NCBI RefSeq assembly: GCF_001194135.2
Contig: NC_068986.1
Span: 58,021,512 to 58,078,409 of the forward strand
Direction: 5' to 3'
Length of the DNA: 56,898 nt
Source: Octopus bimaculoides
Taxonomy: Eukaryota
Part shown: positions 11,050-25,118 of the stretch, one piece after another
Layout of the letters: each line of letters begins with the position of its first letter
How positions within the stretch are numbered: the first letter of the stretch is position 1
Position numbers and translations under genes: made by a program
The notes under the pieces: model-generated
What the model was told of the DNA's origin: nothing
Databases searched by the model: none
Seen by the model: the letters and a program-made list of their open reading frames with translations, nothing else

Positions 11050-14030
11050 GCGTCACCACCGCTGGCAAAAACAAAGGAAAAAAAAAGAAGTAAAAACAAG
11101 AGCACCAGTAGCACCACTGTCATTACAAAAACTTATCAAAACAACGAACGAGAAAAACAATTAAAAAATAGCAATTTCTTTTTTTTACACAGAACACGTG
11201 CAAACTCAATTGCCACCACTACTACCAATAATGTGAACACAATCACTGAAAACGACAAAAACCACATATCAAGCGTTAACGGTTTGGCAACTCCAGTGCG
11301 TTGTACACAAGAAAATGTAAAGCAGTCAATGGACGATTTAAAATCTACAAGAAGCATGTTACAAAAAATGGAAGAAGAGTTACTCTCAACGCTCCTGCAG
11401 CCATTGTACAGGACACTGTCCGAAAAACGGGCGACACAGTCACGAATTGAAAAGTGTTTACATCCAGTATGAGACACAAAGACTTAAGTTGTAAGAGAGA
11501 AGCGATATGGCACTGCAGAGGTGAGATTTGCCATTGAGAAGGAGGTAAGGTAGTATTCCACTTTGACCTTAAAAAATGAAGACCCGTTTCTGTTACTCAT
11601 ATATCTAGGTCGACGAATGACGAAAATAAAAATTGAGGACATTCCACAAGAAATAGACATCGGCTAGTTGGTAGCAGCTCTCCTCCTGGACATAGAGGAT
11701 GAAACAATTATCCGGCAGATGCGGAAACTGCAATAACAAAACTGGCTGGGGAAAGGCATAGAGTTGTAGGTGCAGATAGATGACGAAGTTTAGAAGCAAT
11801 CCCAGATAAAATTACCAGCCTCTGTTGATGGTAGAAGACCGAGATGTCACATGTATGGGGACACAAATCATCTAAAGTCCACTGCCTACAACAAAAGACA
11901 GAAGGAAGATCGCCACTTTTGCCGATATCACCACCACTACAATAACAGTAACAGCACCTCTACAGCCTCAACAGTAACAGTAACAGCAACAGCAATTACA
12001 GCAATCACAATGAGAACAACAACATTGGAAGCAACAGCAGCAAATAGAAGAGAGAACACACGAACATCTATGACTTCCACATTCCAGACAGTACCAAAAA
12101 CAAAACAATCAGAAATTCCCCAAAACGAGAACTTCATCATGAACATAACAAAAAATAATCCCCCCAAGCCTTACCCCTCTACTTTTCGGACCTCTCATAC
12201 ATGTCCTGTGGAGAGGGAGACGACGATGAGAACCTTAAATGGGAAAACGTCAGCACGTCCAAGAAATGCAAAGGAAATAAAAACGCACTGACATCAACAC
12301 AAAAAAAAACCTACAAGGTATGATCAAAGGAGGGAGATGCCTTTAAGAAAAAATACAGATACAATCCCCAACAGCAGCCACACTACAACCGTCAACAACA
12401 TCCCCATCACTACCATTACCTCACAAGCACAACCCGTTTCACACACACACAACACTTAGATCTCACATCCCATCACCAGCAAAATTTAAACATCTTTAAC
12501 TACACAGCAATAGATACGAAGAATAAAGAACTGATGGAACACATAACACATATTTTACCATACAGACATCACATTCACCGATTACATCACACCAAGAATC
12601 AGCGTACCAACACACAAAATTCATCCTAACAAAAAAAGATACAACGTAAAAACAAAATATCCTGAAAGAGTAGGGGTTTTAGGAGAAACATCAATAAATG
12701 ACTGTATAAATAACAGCTCGTGTTATTTATAGCCATGGGAACGGATCATGCCCAACAAAAATCCTAACAAAATTATTGTAAGTAATCTGTTCCGCTTCTA
12801 TTAATCTAAAATGCCTTTGCTCAGAATAGGTAGTATAAATGCACGTGGCTTTAGATCGCCTTGGAAACAAGGCCGTCTACTCAACGACCTCAGGTCACTA
12901 AGTGTAGATTTAGTGGCTATCAATGAAACCAGACTCTCTGACCGACAAACTTTCATTCTCGTTTTCAGTGGATACGAGATTTATTTATTGCTATGGCAAC
13001 TGGGAATGGGGGGTTGTAACGCCGGTGTTGATCTGGAGAGGTCTGGATCTGAAGACAGGGGCTATCTTCCTGGAACATGAAGTTGTGTTGATGGTTCCGA
13101 ATGTGAACAGTAGTGACGGGGGTGACCTAAGACTGGTGGCTCTTTAGGCTCCAACAAGAGCAGAACAGCCAGATTTCTTCAGACGTCTGGAGGTTTTCCT
13201 AGGAACGTCGTGACCTTTAGTATTAGTGGGCGATTACAACACCGTCTTAGAGCTACGTTTGGACTGTGAGGGACGAGCGGATAGGAAAGGTGGGGTAAAA
13301 GTCTCGAAAACCTGCTCAGACATTTCCAACTACCGGAGGCCATTGCCAGATCGGGATAAATTCTATCAGGCTTGTCCGAGATGCGCGCAGAGCGACGAAA
13401 CTGTTCTGCACGCTCTCGTCCAGTGACCGAACATTACTGACTTGTAGGTTTACGTCGAACACCTGCTGTCGCATGTAGGATGGATCTGGCTATCGGCTGA
13501 GTCCATCGTGAAGATCGTCCCACTAACTTTCTTTAGCCGGGAAGAACAATCAGTGTTTCTTTGTCTGGTGGCCTTAGCGAAAGCAGTTGTATGGTGGACC
13601 AGGTTGACAGGGCTGAAGACAGACAGTTTACTCTTTGACCAAGCCATCATCAACTTTTTCAAGCTTCATTTGAAAAGAAAAGTGAGGATAGAGAGGGAAG
13701 TGCTACCTCTCAGCAATTTTGTTTATAGGTGGGTGAATGTAGCGCGAATGGCCCGAGTGAACGGGCCTACCCTCTAAGTATGCTCCTCTAGGTTGAAAGT
13801 ATATAAAAAGGAGAGGGCACTTGCCTAAGAGGACAAGGCGATCGTGTTTATTTTTGTGGCGTTTCCACGAGCAGCCCTAGGAAGTCTTCCTCTTTTGGGG
13901 ATTTTGATTGTTATAGATTTATTTATTGCTTTTGTCTTTTGTTTACACGTTTTAATCCCACTTTATTTGTATTGTAATATCCTATACCCAATTCTTTTTA
14001 TGTGAGCCCTTAGAGGTTAATAAAGAAATT
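11050..14030 (+). mobile_element. Tx1/L1-like LINE, decayed: ORF1 remnant, ORF2 endonuclease joined to the C-terminal Cys/His region, 3' UTR
   Basis: ORF1 remnant KIKIEDIPQEID...VDGRRPRCHMYGDTNHLKS (degenerate CCHC knuckle from 11845). ORF2 starts at 12811 with MPLLRIGSINARG...VAINETRL and later LVLVGDYN (AP-endonuclease motifs). It then reads CPRCAQSDETVLHALVQ and ends at the stop at 13777. AATAAA at 14019-14024 is followed by a trinucleotide tail. The 5' boundary is approximate. Confidence 0.85.
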
Positions 14031-14031
14031 A

Positions 14032-14202
<171 letters not shown>

Positions 14203-15954
14203 TAGTTACATCTTGTACCAGATTTCTCTCAGAACACTGTAGTTCGGATATTTTATTGATAGTATGGTGCTAAAGTGGTTTATAATTGCATTAAACATCT
14301 GCGAGTTAATTTTAAAGTAAATTTCTGGAGCCATAGCTATATCTCTTTCTCGGCTGGTTGTAATAGCTATCGTTTCGATGCCCTTTTTCCTATTTTGATA
14401 GGAAAAAATAATTTAGAAAAATATTACTTATGGATTATATAACTTCAAAGTTAAATGAATGAAGATCTGAAAGACTGTAAATTAAAATTAACTAATTAAC
14501 TGATATACCATAAGCAAGTAGTAATTCCACTGTATTGATTTCTTATGAAAAACATCTTCAAACGCTGTTTTTCACTGACTAGTAACATAGCCCTTTAGTT
14601 TTGGAGGAGACGATGGGAAATTGAATTATGTGACCTTTTATGAATTTCACAAGTTCAATAGTGGTTTAATAGAGGGGGAATATAGTTTTAATCAAGAATC
14701 GAAATTGAGTTCTAGCCGCGGTTTAATGGGAGCTTAGCTTTTGGATGAAACCAATGTGACACTGATGGTCACATTATTGAGCCAAAAATCTTCTATTAAG
14801 TTCCCGTTATATTGTCCAACGAGATCTATTCCATTAGTTACTGTTACTTCTATTATTCACTGAATTGCGGTGGAACACAACCTATAAGATTGTTATCACT
14901 CATATTGACTCCAATACAATTTCTGTGTGATTCTTATATTATCAATATATACAGGTCAAATGAATAAATTCGACTTTTTTCATAAAACACTGATTTTACA
15001 TAGCACACATACTCCGGTGGCTTCCACTGAGGTTCCAACAACCTTTTTACACTCACTCGATATTGGTCACCATTGGTTAATCCGAGACGCAGTAGAAGGC
15101 ACAAACCCATGACAAAAGGTAATGGGTGCGAACCTAGACCCACGTGGGAGTCTAGGTTCTTAAAATCAGTCATAAATATGCCCATATTCTTATTATCACT
15201 TTAGGTTATTATCACACTCGAGCCTTGTCAATATATTTAAACACTCGCGCGCAACTGACCTCTGTAGTTTCATGGCATATAGCTTGAAGTTACACTCACA
15301 AGCTTGCAGTGTGAACTCTCCAACCACACATCCATATTCGCACCTACATTCTTCACCGTCATTTTCTATTTCTACCACACACTCCTTCTATTAACTATTA
15401 TTAAAATTCTCAAAATTTCACTTTATCCAAGGACAAGTTTTAAATGGGAATTCACATACAGTATCGTGTTGTAAGTTCTGAAAAGATATTAGCGATATAT
15501 GAAGGGCTTTATAATGACAGATCGCTCAACAAATACTAAAGGGGGAAAAAATGATAAATATCACAAATGATAACAGAATTTATAGTCGATGATATAAAAA
15601 AAACCATCAGCAACAGGAAGAAGAACAAGAATAACAGCAGAAACAACGAGGCTGCGAGAATAAAGAAAATAATTTCGATGTTACGATAAAGCCAAGTGAA
15701 GTCAGCGATGAGAGAAACTTGCAGCTTTAACAAACATTAGAAAAATATTTTGTTTTCTTTTCATATTTATTGTTATCTTTTCTGTCTGATAATATTTTTC
15801 TTGTTTTTATTTTTCATCTATTTTTCGCAATTCTTTTAATGCAATATGTATAATATTTACAAATCCACGAACAATGCTGATGGTGAACGTAATGTGGGTA
15901 TTCTTATGAATAATAAAACGTAACACTCGAAATAACGCACAAGACTCATTATAT

Positions 15955-16012
<58 letters not shown>

Positions 16013-16838
16013 TCCGGAAGAAGTGCGTTAACAAGTAATTCGGCACTAGTATATTAGGAAATATTGGGGATAGGCAAAATAAGTAAAGAAACTGGAGTGA
16101 AAGATTTTAGTCGACCTGCGTAAGAGATGAACAGCTATAAAATAGGAAACTCAGCGACACCTACCGACACATGAAAATATTCGCGCGCGCACATTGCGTG
16201 CGTGTGTTTGTGTGTGTCCAGAGAGAGGGGGGAGGTGGGGAGGGAGAGAGAACGCGAATACATTTATATATCCTGAAATATATATTCACACACAAATGTG
16301 TCTGTGTGTGTATGTGTGTTTAGAGAGTGATATATATAGATAGATATTCTGTCTCCTGCTAGCTATATAACAAAGGAGAAATATATAAACAGAAGAATGA
16401 ATCTGAGACAGTACATATTAGTCATTCAGTTTAAATGGAGAGAGAAAGAGAAGTGTTTCATACCATGAAAATCCCATGACTTCCTAGCAGATAATTTAGT
16501 TGCAGCAGGAGAAAGTGTAAAGGTATTTTAGTTAGCAAGGGAATGTACGGCTGATTGTACTTGCGACTCTTCTCTGCATTCTGCCTATTCTGTGTCTGTT
16601 TGCATGCATGCAGGTATGTTTCAATGTAAGCGCGTAATATGTATCTGTAGGGATGAATATGTTTATATATATATATATATATACATAGGTATGCGTAAAT
16701 GCGTAGATGGATGTCTTTTGTATTTTCTTTTTATTTTCTAAAACCTTTCTGCAAGGACGAAAATGAATAACTCAAGCATATATCTGGCAATATATTCATC
16801 GCTTTACCATTGACAAAGTTTGTTCTTCATATATATGT

Positions 16839-16839
<1 letters not shown>

Positions 16840-16919
<80 letters not shown>

Positions 16920-16952
16920 AGAGAGAGAGGGTGGGAGAGAGAGAGAAGAGAG

Positions 16953-17024
<72 letters not shown>
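16840..17024. repeat. (AG)n followed by (AGAT)n
   Basis: Read directly from the sequence. Confidence 0.96.
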
Positions 17025-17025
<1 letters not shown>

Positions 17026-17595
17026 TGTGTGCGTCGCGTGTGTGTATTATGTATAAGAGAGGAATCTTTCTGTGTGCGCCTGCATACATCTGTGTGTTTA
17101 CGCATGTGCATATGTAGGTGTATGTTTATGTTTGGACGGTGTATATTGCCGAGAAAACCGATAAACCGGTGTTTCTGAATGATGTCCTTCGTGAAAATTG
17201 TTCCGCCTGAATTACAAACAATCCCAATTCATCCTCTGTATCGTAAAATGCAATGAGCCAGTAATTTATTCGTTAGAAGCTTGTAACCAAACTATTTTCC
17301 ACAAATGCTATATAAAATAACATATAAATAAACACCCCAATTATCAGCTACATAAGCACAAATAGTTAAATAAATGTTGTCCAACAAATGGAAGAGCTGT
17401 GGGTTAGTGTGATGATCAAAGTATTCTAGCCTTAGTTTTTCCCTCTTTACTTCATGGTGGTAGGTGTGGTCATAACCATTTTATTCCCCACCCAACAGAT
17501 ATAACAGATATTTGTTGGTCCGGTCGTGACCCACTAATTTGCTGTACTGTTCGAATGAATCGTTCGAATGAATCGTTCGAATGATTTGTCTATAT

Positions 17596-17839
17596 CAGTG
17601 GTTCTCAACCATTTTATTTTCTTTGTCTGTAGACCCATTTGATTCCTATTTTACTCAGGTGGACGGACTCTCATAGCCATTTCATGCCTAAAAACTCTTA
17701 TTGTATTTCTATGATTAAATATTATTAAGAATTATAATTAAGAAATGTTTAAATATTGTGTATTGTAGAAATATAACCAGTTTATTGCACATATATTTTC
17801 ACAACAAAATCTTATATGGACCCCCTTTGAGAACCACTG
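17596..17839. mobile_element. hAT (Charlie-like) MITE, 244 bp
   Basis: Perfect 13-bp terminal inverted repeats CAGTGGTTCTCAA...TTGAGAACCACTG around an AT-rich non-coding interior. Flanks gtctatat / atcttata resemble a decayed NTCTAGAN-type 8-bp target duplication. Confidence 0.8.
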
Positions 17840-18757
17840 ATCTTATAGAGGACGTAAGCTATCTCATCAAGTTATTGCTGTTCTTGTAGTTTACACGAAA
17901 GTCATTCCCGAAAAAGCAGTCTCATTCTCGACCATCCGTTTCCTTGTATGATACAGAACATGATATAGTGTATATATCATATTTTATATAGTATATGATA
18001 AGTTAATATCATAAGTTAAATTTCACTGATTCTTGCGGGTATTGTTTAGTACCAGGTCAATTCTGATCAAGCAAAACTTATGATCAGGCCATTAAGAGTA
18101 ACCATCAAGTACAAGAAACTCAGAACCACTTAATCTTACATGTTCTTTTTCTAAGACGTTGGAATGTACTTTAACAAAGAACGAGAGACTGAGAAAGAGA
18201 GAGAGAGACTTGGCTGATATTTCCAGCAGATCGAACGACCAAGGAGAAGTTTCAGTGATATACAAAAGTCAATGGACGCTTTCTCAAAAAGTATAATCAT
18301 CATAAGGAAATTTAAACATTGATGTATCGTAATTTCTGTGTTTATATCAGAGATGTTCTTCTGACAAAATAACAAGAAGATTGTTCATAATCCTCATTTT
18401 TCTACTTTCTCATCATCCTTATCATATATTAAAATGGTGTCAAGTCAAGTGTAAAATTTTGAAGTATGTTTGTTTAGCATGAATCTGCTAGAAAATTTCC
18501 TGAGGAAAAAAAAGAAGGAAAATTTTACGATTGGACAAATACCAGGCCTACTAGATTTATGGGTGGGAGTGGGGAGGCGCACGCGCACGTGTGTACCTCC
18601 ACGCGCGCTCTCACAAACATTCCAATATATTTTACTATCAAAGCAACATTTTTTCTCGGAATTGGATGTGCTAGAAACTGTGATAACGATATTTATCTAT
18701 GTTTGTGTATATATCTGAGTGTATGCAAGTGTGCGCGTATTTATATACGTGAGCTCG

Positions 18758-18825
<68 letters not shown>

Positions 18826-19612
18826 CTGTATAACTACGTCAGAATATGCCTAAGTATATAAGCTGAATCGAAAACAACGTATCAAGATAGATTCATACGC
18901 ATGCGAAGATACAAATTACCTTGTTTAATATAATATAGAATTGTACAGTTATTAATACACACATATACACAAACACGCACAGATAATACACATTGCGCGC
19001 GCGCGAAGGCAAACATGTCCTGCCCTCCCATTCAACAAACCAAACACATATGAAAAATACGGTCTGACCTCAACTCCTCGCCCCTCGCTGTCAGAGCTTG
19101 CCAATCACGTCAACGAGATGTGGTCACGTTAATACAATAACAAGTCGGCTGAATTAGAAGCTGCTTATTTAATTTGCTTTCTAAAAGGATGAGGTGAGGC
19201 TGACAACAATAAAAACATGGTGGATTTATTGCATTCATCGGCGACTCTCTTGTTTAACAATCAATGTGCACTGTGTGTCTGTGTGTATATGTGACTGACT
19301 GTGACTCACTGTAGGTGTTTGTGAGTTTATTTCTGTAGGATATGGATGTGCCAGTTCATTGTATTATGTTTGCGAGTATGTGTGTTAATTTGTGAGTGTG
19401 TTTGTGACTGAGATTGGTTGTTACAGTTCACAGTGTGTATATTTTTGCACGTGTCTGAGTATATACATACAGTTCTGCATAAATCTGTGTGTGTGTGCGT
19501 GTGTGTGCGTAGCTGATTCTGTATTACTCTGTGGCTGCATTTGCGAGTTTGTCTTTCTATGGAGTATAATTGTATCAGCTATTTTTCTGCATATTCCTGC
19601 GTGTATTTGTGT

Positions 19613-19656
<44 letters not shown>

Positions 19657-19999
19657 CGGAGAGAGAGAGAGAAAGTTTGTGCCTTGCTTTTGTACCAGTA
19701 AAATGTGTGCATTTGTGAATATGCATATAATGATGCGTGCAAGTGTAATGTTCTGTCCATATACACGGTGTGTATTTGTGTATGTGAATGAGTTTGTGAT
19801 CTTTCGTAAGTTTGCTATATGGCTGCATCAGTGTGTATGCTTGTGATAGTGCACACAATTATGTGTTTTCACCGTCTATAAAACGTGTGTAATTGTATAA
19901 GATACACGGTTATGTGCATTTTGTACATACATGTGTTTCATATATATTTGCAAGCGTGTATTTGTATGTTTGTGTACGCATAAATTCAATCTCTCTCTC

Positions 20000-20052
<53 letters not shown>

Positions 20053-20310
20053 CACACACACACACTCACGTACACACACACGCAAACATACACACCTCTA
20101 TATCCTAATATCTGGTGACAAATATGTATACTTGAGACCTAGTATATTTCATTCATTCAAACATACGTATAAGCAAATATTTACAAATACATAGACACGC
20201 ATTTACGGCAATATGAGTGGGCAAAACTATGATAAAAACATAAATAAAACAAGCAGCAGCACTTAATGAGATTATTCACTGAAATTTATATGACCTTCTA
20301 GAGACAGATA

Positions 20311-20392
<82 letters not shown>

Positions 20393-21045
20393 AGATCCAT
20401 ATAAGATAACCTCAGTGGTGAGCAAAGACTCCAGGGAGATAATCTGTCCCCAACAGCTCAAATGTTAACACAGTTAACAGTCTTCTTCCCGTCATTATTG
20501 AGGGACTGAGGATATATTGTCATTCCTAACAGAGATTGTATGCTATAATTGCTAACCTTTAGCAATCCACTCTCGCCCATCAACGAAAAAAGATAAACAA
20601 CAATAAGGCACACATCATAAAGATGTGATGATAGCAATTAACATAATGTAAATTATTGAAAAAGGGAGAAAACAAATCAGAGATTAGGCAGTAGTAGTAG
20701 TAGTAGTAGTGGTGCTGGTGGTGGTGGTGGTGGCAGTGGTTTTGGTGGTAGTAATTCTTGATGAGGGAATAATGTAATGGCTGCAGGACGAAATATATTC
20801 AATTCTCTTCCTTATACTGTACGGGTTACAATCATTCAGTTGCAACCATATTGGTGTCACAACACTCACATGTACACACAAACATATTCACAAGAGAAGT
20901 AAATATATGTCAGAAGCGAAAAGAATTATGAGAGAAAACATGGGGTGGGGGAGAGAGAAGAAGCAAACGAAAGGCTGTCGGAGATAAAAGTAAAAATGGG
21001 GGAAATGAGAAGACGTGTGTGTGTGTGTGTGTACACACACATACT

Positions 21046-21125
21046 GAGAAGAAGAAGAAGAAGAAGAAGAAGAAGAAGAAGAAGAAGAAGAAGAAGAAGA
21101 AGAAGAAGAAGAAGAAGAAGAAGAA
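21046..21125. repeat. (AAG)n microsatellite
   Basis: Read directly from the sequence; it produces the poly-R/S/F/L ORFs. Confidence 0.97.
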
Positions 21126-21741
21126 CATAAGGCGTTAATGAGTGGAGGACTGAAAATTGAAAAGAAAAACAAAAATGTAAGGAAACGGAAAAATAAAGAC
21201 ATGAGGAGATAGAAATAGTGGGAAGAGAAAGGGGGAAGAGAAGGAGGGAGAGCGAGAGAGAAATGGAAAAGGTGGAAGAGTAATGGAGAGGGTAAGATAA
21301 CCTTAAATGAATGACAGAGATTGCTGTAAGATTGAAAGGTTGTACAAATGACAATAATTCTATTAATGGGAACACTCGTGGTTATTGTAGCCATGGTTTC
21401 TGCTGATAAAGGAGCCACCTAGAGACTCTATGTAGTATCTCGACCTATTAGAAATAGCAAACAAATCCCACCATCTAAAGGGTTTCTTACTTAGCCCTAG
21501 TGGTATTGGTAGTGGTGATATTAACGGTGATGGTGGTTGTTGTTTGGATTCTAGTGGTAGTAGTATGGTATTGTTGGAGTTGGGGAACAGGGGACGGTGT
21601 GATTAGATGACTGTAGTGGTGCTGGTATGGCAACAGACATGACGGAATGATCATGATGGTTAGCCCCTGCAGTGATTGTAATGATGGTAATATGGCGATG
21701 GTAGAATGGTATTGACGAAGTTGGTGGTTGCTGAGATTATC

Positions 21742-21898
21742 GGTTTAAAATTTTAGCACAAAGTACTTTATTTTATCGACTCAGCAAGAATGAATGGCAA
21801 AGTCGATCTCAGCGGAATTTGAACTCGGAAGGTAAAGACGGATGAAACGTTGCTGGCATTTTGCAGGAAGTTCTAAAAGTTCTGCCAGCCCGCCGCTT
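21742..21898 (-). mobile_element. SINE family A, internally deleted, tandem with the 21915 copy
   Basis: Shares ttattttatcgac...ggcaaagtcga...ggaatttgaactc...ctgccagc with the other copies; the tail is joined directly to the core. Confidence 0.8.
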
Positions 21899-21914
21899 AT
21901 TTTATAATAGTAAT

Positions 21915-22132
21915 GGCTTCAAAATTTTGTCACAAAGGTAGCAATTTTGTGAGGAGAGGATGAGTCGATTACATCGACTCCAGTTTTAATAACTGGTACT
22001 TATTTTATCGACTCCGAAAGGATGAAAGGCAAAGTTGACATCGATGGAATTTGAATTCAGAACGTAAAGACGGACAAAATGTTGCTAAGCAATTTTGCCC
22101 CGCGTGCTAACGATCCTGCCAGCTCACCGTCC
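21915..22132 (-). mobile_element. tRNA-derived SINE (family A), near full length
   Basis: About 215 bp, repeated many times in the window. The head has an A-box-like GAGCTGGCAGGATCGTTAG and a B-box-like GAATTCAAATTCC, and the tail is AT-rich. Confidence 0.85.
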
Positions 22133-22513
22133 TGATGGCTGTGATTATTGTCCTTATGGTTAGGCAACAACATCGGTGGAATGGGTACGACGGTGAGACG
22201 ATTGCAGTAACGCTGGTGTGACTATGTTTGCAGAAGATAGGACGATTATGGTCGGATGGCTGTTGCTGTTGATGTTGCGATGATTGAGATGACTCTTCAG
22301 TGTCTATGATCGCAGAATGAGTATAATGGGGGTGTTGGTAACATGATGAATGTTTGGCTCAGTTCGTTGACGAAGTAAGAATAAACGTTTCGGGTAGTGT
22401 AGTCAAGATGAAGGCAGTGATGGCTGCGATGTGTTGGAGTTGGTAGTTGTTGTATTACTGAACACCACAACAGTGGATGTTATTATAGAAGTAGTTGCTT
22501 TTGCGATTGATGA

Positions 22514-22552
<39 letters not shown>

Positions 22553-22901
22553 CAGAAAGAGGAGGAGGATGAGGAGATATGGTAAAAATTGAAGTTCATA
22601 TGCAGTTGTGGTGTATTAGTTGTTGCTGTTGTTCAGCTAAATTAGATAACGATGTCAGCGACCTTAAACTAGAAGGTATACGAAAGACCAATAACAGCGA
22701 CAACAAGGACAAATTAAGTTAGAGAGAGAAAAAGAGAGAGAGAGAGAGGAGGAAATCAGAGAGCGGCGGGAGAGCGGAAATGATAGAGGACCAATAAACG
22801 TGAATGAGTTATAAATATTAAACTAGAAATATATTTCTATAATAGTAAAATAAAATCATTGAAATAATTAAGTACTCGTCCAAAAACACAGTTCAAGGGG
22901 A

Positions 22902-22979
<78 letters not shown>

Positions 22980-23451
22980 CGCGCGTGTGTGTATTGAATA
23001 TTTATTTCTGGTGTTATTTCATTCTGCTTTCTCGTTACTGCAACCACAATAATTAAATTTACTTGTATTTAATCTAATAATAGCGAAATTAATTGGTTGC
23101 TGCTTATTTTTGTTGTTGCTTTTGTTATCATCATTATCATTATTGTTGTTGATAATGATGATGAGAATGTATAATATCCCTAAGCGCCTTATTCGAATTG
23201 TGGGGGCTGAGCAAACGATGTATTCAGCATATGGATATGTATCTCTCTACACTGTGTGTGTGTGTGTGTGCGTGCGTGTGGTGGTGTATGCGTATGTAGT
23301 AAACAGGAGATTTGTCTCTGGGTATGAGATTTAAGTACGTGTTGAAAAACGATATTATACGAAAAGTACAGAAGTAAACTTTCACAAGAACCAAAAAAGT
23401 ACCAACAGTTTTTCAAACAAGTTATTAACAAGCATACACACATATGAACGC

Positions 23452-23528
<77 letters not shown>

Positions 23529-23533
23529 GCACA

Positions 23534-23566
<33 letters not shown>

Positions 23567-24039
23567 GCTCATACACACACAGACACATATTCATTAATAA
23601 TTATTAAAAATAATGTTTGGTTTGGAGGCGCTTAAGAAAGAACGATTAAAATTGAATCAGATCCTCTATATCCAGACAAGTTGTTCTACAGTGAAGACAT
23701 GCAAAACAATGTAAAGATTCAACACCTGAGATTCTGATATCGGATATATGCACACCTGCCCGTAAATGTATTCAGTATAAATACGAATACATAATACTTA
23801 TCTGTCAATCATTAGGTGAAGCAACTATTTACATGCAGGTGAAGAGATTCATAGATGTCTTAAATGCTTTGCAAATACGTAACATTTCGTCTTGGATTTT
23901 AAAAATCCGAAAGGTCTCGAAGAAAATAATAGTGCATACACGCACACACACATACAAATAGATATAACTTGAAACACAAACGCTAATACATATACATCAT
24001 ATATGTTAACTCGATAAATAAATAGATAGAAAGACAGAC

Positions 24040-24072
<33 letters not shown>

Positions 24073-24085
24073 TAGATAGATAGAT

Positions 24086-24144
<59 letters not shown>
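24040..24144. repeat. (ATAG)n microsatellite
   Basis: Read directly from the sequence. Confidence 0.95.
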
Positions 24145-24528
24145 TAGTTTTGTCTGAAAGGATACAACCAATCTAGTTCACATCTTATTTCTTTGATTTC
24201 ACACATCACATACGCGCGCACACACATGCACACACACATGCACGCGCGCATGCATACGTGTGAGTGAGTATACGTGTGTGCGTATATACATACGCACGCA
24301 GAGTACGGTCTAAATATGTGCGTGTGAGCTCTATCTCATTAGGTGAAAACAGGACTTTATACAGCTATACTGTATAAAGTGATCGCTAAAATAAAGAAGA
24401 GACTAAAATAATTAGCTTGTTAAATATGATCAACTGATCAACTAAGGAAAGCTGAAAGCGGAGCAACGTGCTGGTAAGCATCTTCTCTCTCTGTCTCTGT
24501 TTGTCTGTCTGTCTCTCTGTGAGAGAGA

Positions 24529-24565
<37 letters not shown>

Positions 24566-24922
24566 CGCATACATACACACGTGTACACATATGTGTACGC
24601 ATATACACACGCGTATGTATACACATAGACAGACATATTTAAGCAGACGCGCGTATGTTAGCATTTGTCTTATTGCACTTCAATATTTCATGAACTCCAG
24701 ATCAAAGAGTTTCCTAACAACTTTAACTTCAAATGCATCATCTACATATTATACCATAAATTGCACACCTGTTACTTGTATTTCAAAATCAAATAATACT
24801 TTATTTACTATTCACATTAATGGAATAGTTAAAATTTCCCTATTGAATGGCCGACAATAGTCATACAGGTACGAGCGTCAAGGGTTCATATCTTACAAAA
24901 CCAAATTTGTCTAAACTTGTGT

Positions 24923-24957
<35 letters not shown>

Positions 24958-25061
24958 GGTGTGTGTGAATGTATGTATGAGAGAGAGAGAGAGAGAAAGA
25001 ATGAGAGAGCGTGCGTTCTCTTCATAAACTTTTGAAAGAACTCCGTTTTACCCTTTTATTT

Positions 25062-25118
25062 GTTTGTAATTCGACTGTGGCCATGCTGGAGTATCGCCTT
25101 TAGTCGAGCAAATCGATC
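25062..25118 (+). repeat. End of another SINE-like repeat, cut by an assembly gap
   Basis: gactgtggccatgctggagtatcgcctttagtcgagcaaatcgatc runs into Ns. I recognise it from memory of octopus repeats; not verified. Confidence 0.45.

Noticed and set aside
16020-16140. Acceptor-like ttcatctcttacgcag|G on the minus strand
   Set aside because: No donor follows; the frame runs into a (TG)n tract.
17549-17584. GAA/TTC repeats as a heat-shock element
   Set aside because: The spacing is 0 or 3 nt rather than the 2 nt required by nGAAnnTTCn.
21480-22640. G/T-rich, strand-biased stretch resembling degenerate coding sequence
   Set aside because: It is decayed (GGT/GAT/AGT)n low-complexity sequence interrupted by SINEs, with frequent stops.
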